The translations under genes and the position numbers were made by a program. A DNA stretch of 25,673 bases from Tubiluchus corallicola (Eukaryota; Animalia; Priapulida). A model generated the notes under the pieces. The model made no database searches and had not been told where the DNA came from. It saw nothing but the letters and a program-made list of their open reading frames with translations. The stretch is taken from the NCBI GenBank assembly GCA_030141605.1, contig JAQGDQ010001783.1, forward strand, positions 1 through 25,673, given 5' to 3'. This document shows, in pieces, positions 24,501 to 25,673 of the stretch (positions within the stretch are counted from its first letter, which is position 1; the number at the start of each line of letters is the position of its first letter).

Positions 24501-25052
24501 CTTTAACACCGATTTTCTCAAGATTGTTTTTCACTGCGTAGCCTGCAGGCCAACTTCAATGTGGATTTTCTCACCTTAGAAATAACATGGAGCGATGAGG
24601 TTGTTATCAAATGATTCTCACGAAATGGAAATTCAGGATACGTGAATAACTAGAAAAGCTTAATTGCTGACTTATGGATGTTTTTGCTATGCAAGCACAC
24701 ATATGATAATAATAATAATCATAGCACCAAGAATGTGAAATTCTAATTTACTACACATTTTTAAACGTGTACAGCTAATGACAAGCAGTGTTACAAAAAT
24801 TCAAAGCACTGAAAAGACAATGAGAGAGGATATATTCAATGAACAACATATTTTTTAATTTGTTTGCAATAAATGAACTCAAACACATTAAAATTAATAC
24901 TTACTGTTATACTCATACACCATCCCTTCAACTAATCTCTCTAGTAAAAGCTTGTGCTCGGGGTTGGAACCTTGTTGCATGAATATATCCACATTCACTT
25001 TGTCATATAAACTCCTCCTGTCCATCCTAACCTTGTACCCAGTATACAAAAC
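2067..25052 (-). CDS. Large lipid transfer protein (apolipophorin/apoB/lipid transfer particle Apoltp-like), 5'-partial, 27 coding exons, about 1498 aa in window
   Basis: 27 exons joined manually with GT-AG sites and matching phases give one open frame to TAA. VWD motifs (QHYVTFDGKPYEF..CNYVLTHDF; CKVNVSGWHFGKLAGLFGTYDNE), C8-like (CSELF..FRRCFGQVDPEPYLQMC..C..AYVEFC), VWA-like (ADVVFVVE..YTLVGYGG..LPFRVGVSKTVILVTC). Family call is from motif recognition, not a database search. Confidence 0.88.
2683..2853. mobile_element. Short Tc1/mariner(pogo)-type MITE
   Basis: TIR CAGTCAAAC...GTTTGACTG flanked by TA on both sides. Confidence 0.75.
2968..3145 (-). CDS. LLTP exon 26, Cys-rich (FIFPKPIVQKKFRDVFARRIAK...CQTCIC...ICRPC...FVK)
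   Basis: ttttcag / gtaggt; phase 2 to 0; 178 nt. Confidence 0.9.
3375..3525 (-). CDS. LLTP exon 25 (GMDGSSVYTDKD...PKDICTAMAYETNGTMFVTS)
   Basis: attgcag / gtaagt; phase 1 to 2; 151 nt. Confidence 0.9.
3784..4693. mobile_element. Tc1/mariner(pogo/Tigger)-type non-autonomous element, copy A (about 910 bp)
   Basis: Imperfect TIR caataggtgccatttattagactcac / gtgagtttattaagcggcacttacta, TA flanks, subterminal aattgactca repeats; homologous to 21225-22198. Confidence 0.8.
4816..4854. repeat. Imperfect (CA)n microsatellite abutting the exon 24 donor
   Basis: Direct inspection. Confidence 0.85.
4858..4978 (-). CDS. LLTP exon 24 (LDYTDVQRQMLEKDVTLHML...KGLL)
   Basis: tttctag / gtatgt; phase 0 to 1; 121 nt. 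Confidence 0.9.
5785..6014 (-). CDS. LLTP exon 23 (GYGGSGIFDEPHIHT...LPFRVGVSKTVILVTCSGC...FMS)
   Basis: tacttag / gtaagt; phase 1 to 0; 230 nt. Confidence 0.92.
6528..6615. repeat. (TAA)n microsatellite with TAG interruptions (SINE tail)
   Basis: Direct inspection. Confidence 0.95.
6531..6831 (-). mobile_element. tRNA-derived SINE, copy 1, with long (TTA)n tail
   Basis: Minus strand: A-box-like TAGCTCAATAGTGG, B-box-like GGTTCAACTC, body GAGTCATACC..TTGAAAAAT, tail (TTA)n at 6531-6615; candidate TSD tcaatattctaa (6519-6530) / tcaataatctaa (6832-6843); second copy near 17 kb. Confidence 0.85.
6950..7171 (-). CDS. LLTP exon 22, VWA-like start (VKCVQPDG...SADVVFVVEHKPCN...NNHYTLV)
   Basis: ctttcag / gtaaga; phase 1 to 1; 222 nt. 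Confidence 0.92.
7277..7685. mobile_element. hAT (Charlie/Buster-type) MITE, 409 bp
   Basis: 14-bp TIR CAGGGGTGTGCAAA / TTTGCACACCCCTG, subterminal gcggccc/tggccc, 8-bp TSD ttattaat / ttataaat (1 mismatch). Confidence 0.88.
8364..8502 (-). CDS. LLTP exon 21, C8-like domain (VDPEPYLQMCYND...KCTSSKAYVEFC...LPAEC)
   Basis: ctttcag / gttagt; phase 0 to 1; 139 nt. Confidence 0.92.
8929..9038. repeat. 51-bp tandem duplication, about 2.2 copies
   Basis: tatcttgaatagaata(t/c)tagcatc at 8929 and 8980. Confidence 0.75.
9091..9323 (-). CDS. LLTP exon 20, VWD end and C8 start (GTYDNEQHNEM...FTSTW...CSELFQ...FRRCFGQ)
   Basis: cttatag / gtgagc; phase 1 to 0; 233 nt. Confidence 0.92.
10241..10458. repeat. 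44-bp tandem repeat x5 that includes the exon 19 splice donor
   Basis: Unit acaacggagctagtgttgtggcacaatcacttgatcacttacgc; starts at 10241, 10285, 10329, 10373, 10417. Confidence 0.95.
10459..10642 (-). CDS. LLTP exon 19, VWD domain C-part (VYVNDKMQDLP...CNWQYDVCKVNVSGWHFGKLAGLF)
   Basis: tttttag / gtaagt; phase 0 to 1; 184 nt. Confidence 0.92.
10722..11163. repeat. Degenerate CA/TA-rich minisatellite (acgatagacacacat / gatacacac motifs)
   Basis: Direct inspection; source of five spurious ORFs. Confidence 0.92.
11202..11419 (-). CDS. LLTP exon 18, VWD domain N-part (GMAIQAGSQHYVTFDGKPYEF...CNYVL...PDFK)
   Basis: gttttag / gtaaat; phase 1 to 0; 218 nt; HYxTFDGxxY/F and CxYVL are VWD motifs. 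Confidence 0.92.
11615..11758 (-). CDS. LLTP exon 17 (EQMPEYITL...PWDSYYAYKP...WLPPFE)
   Basis: tacttag / gtatgt; phase 1 to 1; 144 nt. Confidence 0.9.
12220..12403 (-). CDS. LLTP exon 16 (VEQFEFKKYL...GEIMLDIFLPFEWVDFNEFPLI)
   Basis: ttttcag / gtaagt; phase 0 to 1; 184 nt. Confidence 0.9.
12515..12667 (-). CDS. LLTP exon 15 (EKLTSLSSEAISKYSRY...AGYEK)
   Basis: tttgtag / gtaagg; phase 0 to 0; 153 nt. Confidence 0.88.
13002..13147 (-). CDS. LLTP exon 14 (DKYFTMAEKITGHRYVKKAQRHWY...YTGQ)
   Basis: atttcag / gtaaac; phase 1 to 0; 146 nt. Confidence 0.87.
13498..13618 (-). CDS. LLTP exon 13 (TSLRNLPRTIERGLRTF...KNSLS)
   Basis: ctttcag / gtacgt; phase 0 to 1; 121 nt. Confidence 0.86.
14324..15074. 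mobile_element. PIF/Harbinger-type MITE, 751 bp
   Basis: Perfect 20-bp TIR GGCCCATTTCACAGTGAGGA / TCCTCACTGTGAAATGGGCC, flanked by TAA on both sides. Confidence 0.88.
15184..15298 (-). CDS. LLTP exon 12 (YEKLVELLEPAVERAGYY...ERNFP)
   Basis: ctgttag / gtgagt; phase 2 to 0; 115 nt. Confidence 0.87.
15846..16049 (-). CDS. LLTP exon 11 (KIEKKVSAGLHDLSDTYDDAMRQ...DQAEQR)
   Basis: ctcgcag / gtatta; phase 2 to 2; 204 nt. Confidence 0.86.
16120..16294. repeat. AT-rich low-complexity tract (taat/ttaa repeats)
   Basis: Direct inspection. Confidence 0.8.
16605..16747 (-). CDS. LLTP exon 10 (ITALYNEAGVIVSEMSDDLEAMYYDNTQHLR...)
   Basis: attccag / gtaaac; phase 0 to 2; 143 nt. Confidence 0.88.
16956..17193 (+). 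mobile_element. tRNA-derived SINE, copy 2
   Basis: B-box GGTTCAAATC, gagtcatacca..ttgaaaaatggtac..ccaagcacacg..ggtaataataatc..ccaccttggaaataagt colinear with copy 1; short attattat tail; ends approximate. Confidence 0.82.
17231..17353 (-). CDS. LLTP exon 9 (NELDRTFDSGVNWDAA...GSRPM)
   Basis: attacag / gtaaat; phase 0 to 0; 123 nt. Confidence 0.85.
18517..18704 (-). CDS. LLTP exon 8 (ERPEDVFVIEGGYVNST...RLNTSHILHGHLHWKPDLYSQVS)
   Basis: actgcag / gtaatt; phase 1 to 0; 188 nt. Confidence 0.88.
19881..20061 (-). CDS. LLTP exon 7 (IESPVKDWTVIAYL...VIVKDT)
   Basis: ttttcag / gtgagt; phase 0 to 1; 181 nt. Confidence 0.9.
20423..20905. mobile_element. hAT-like MITE, 483 bp, with apparent 6-bp TSD
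   Basis: TIR CAGGGTTCCCAC / GTGGGAAGCCTG, subterminal ttccatgact repeats, ACTATG on both flanks. Confidence 0.82.
20968..21106 (-). CDS. LLTP exon 6 (ILGYGYASPDLVEVSGQASYRL...ELKFE)
   Basis: Weak acceptor tttgaag / donor gtaatg; phase 2 to 0; 139 nt. Confidence 0.82.
21225..22198. mobile_element. Same Tc1/mariner-type family, copy B in opposite orientation
   Basis: gccgcttaatagactcactttgtga at left and tgagtctattaagcagcgcctactg|ta at right; internal block is the reverse complement of aataaagcagcc..tttgtaattttt in copy A; left end approximate. Confidence 0.8.
22296..22498 (-). CDS. LLTP exon 5 (DIVMSSKLSF...ANHPATNLHIR)
   Basis: attgcag / gtatta; phase 0 to 2; 203 nt. Confidence 0.9.
22898..23095 (-). 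CDS. LLTP exon 4 (LVLPSRTVDLQL...FWWDYDRD...FKHPELQK)
   Basis: cttatag / gtaagt; phase 0 to 0; 198 nt. Confidence 0.9.
23390..23600. repeat. Degenerate tRNA-like element with imperfect inverted arms
   Basis: gtcgtctaaggc..ccttgcaagc..GTTCAAATC (B-box-like, 23554-23562); tgaaaaaaagctagaa..ctag pairs loosely with ctag..ttctagatttttca. Confidence 0.45.
23706..23849 (-). CDS. LLTP exon 3 (VTMQTSFDKAPGRFTHQFDYEW...IDTK)
   Basis: gcacag / gtacta; phase 0 to 0; 144 nt. Confidence 0.88.
23961..24079 (-). CDS. LLTP exon 2 (MKWLESGREKSDVVLTYEDK...CPDHH)
   Basis: tttaacag / gtaagc; phase 1 to 0; 119 nt. Confidence 0.88.
24905..25052 (-). CDS. LLTP gene, exon 1 of 27 in window (VLYTGYKVRMDRRSLYDK...MVYEYN)
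   Basis: Acceptor ttcatag, donor gtaagt; phase 0 in, phase 1 out; 148 nt. Confidence 0.85.
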
Positions 25053-25673
25053 CTATGAATCAAAAAAGTTATCTTAGCAGACCTATCAAACAATCTGTTC
25101 TGCTGTGCAGGGCTCACGTGTGGAAATGGGCTAACATCTACAAGATGTGGCAATTAAACTAATTTGAATCCTCATTTTAACAAAACAAAACAAGTGTAAA
25201 CAAACCTTTAGTTTGGCGTGCTGCCACTAATGTAAGGTAATTTATATTCATATCAGTACAACAGTACAGAACATACACATGTACAAAAATAGACTTATAA
25301 CCAAAATAACAAAATAATTAATATCATATCAGAACAATTTACATAGGTCCCACATATTGTACTGCGGAAAGACGAAAAAGCTGAGAACTTGAAAAAGCTT
25401 TCTGAACATGTGAAAAAAGAGAAGAAAAATGTATAAGATAATATTCAGTTGTTAGTAAAAATTTAAACGTAGGGATTGTATCACAATTACAATTTAAAGG
25501 CAAACAAAGCCAAATAACCTTGGTTGGCATGACAACTGCCTAAATTCAACAGTGGCAAAGAAATCGAAGTTCATTTAGGGAACTAAGTCAAACTTGTATC
25601 AAAAAAAGTTATTCATCTAGGGGCAACAAAAAAAACTGATCTTACTAATTTCTACAGACACAATTTCCACTAA

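Noticed and set aside
24375-24575. Moderately GC-rich stretch resembling an exon
   Set aside because: The phase-compatible frame hits TGA, no good donor was found, and exons 1 and 2 join directly in phase.

Overview
AT-rich eukaryotic (invertebrate metazoan-type) genomic DNA; the species cannot be determined from the sequence. Almost the whole window is the 3' part of one large spliced gene on the minus strand. I traced 27 coding exons by hand from 25052 down to the TAA stop at 2067-2069. All have GT..AG boundaries and consistent intron phases, giving 4497 nt or 1498 aa; the gene continues beyond the right edge. The protein reads as beta-strand-rich region, then amphipathic helical region, VWD domain (ending GLFG), C8-type cysteine domain, degenerate VWA-like domain, Cys-rich segment and an acidic-then-basic tail. 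This fits a large lipid transfer protein of the apolipophorin/apoB/lipid transfer particle (Apoltp-like) type. A putative 3' UTR of about 1.2 kb ends near an AATAAA at 909-914. The introns hold several non-autonomous DNA transposons (Tc1/mariner-pogo, hAT and PIF/Harbinger types), two copies of a tRNA-derived SINE, and micro/minisatellites. Most supplied ORFs are exon read-throughs, antisense shadows or repeat artefacts. I found no convincing novel multi-gene system. The most unusual observations are a 5x44-bp tandem array that reiterates the splice donor of a VWD exon, a hAT-like MITE with a 6-bp TSD, and the charged C-terminal tail.
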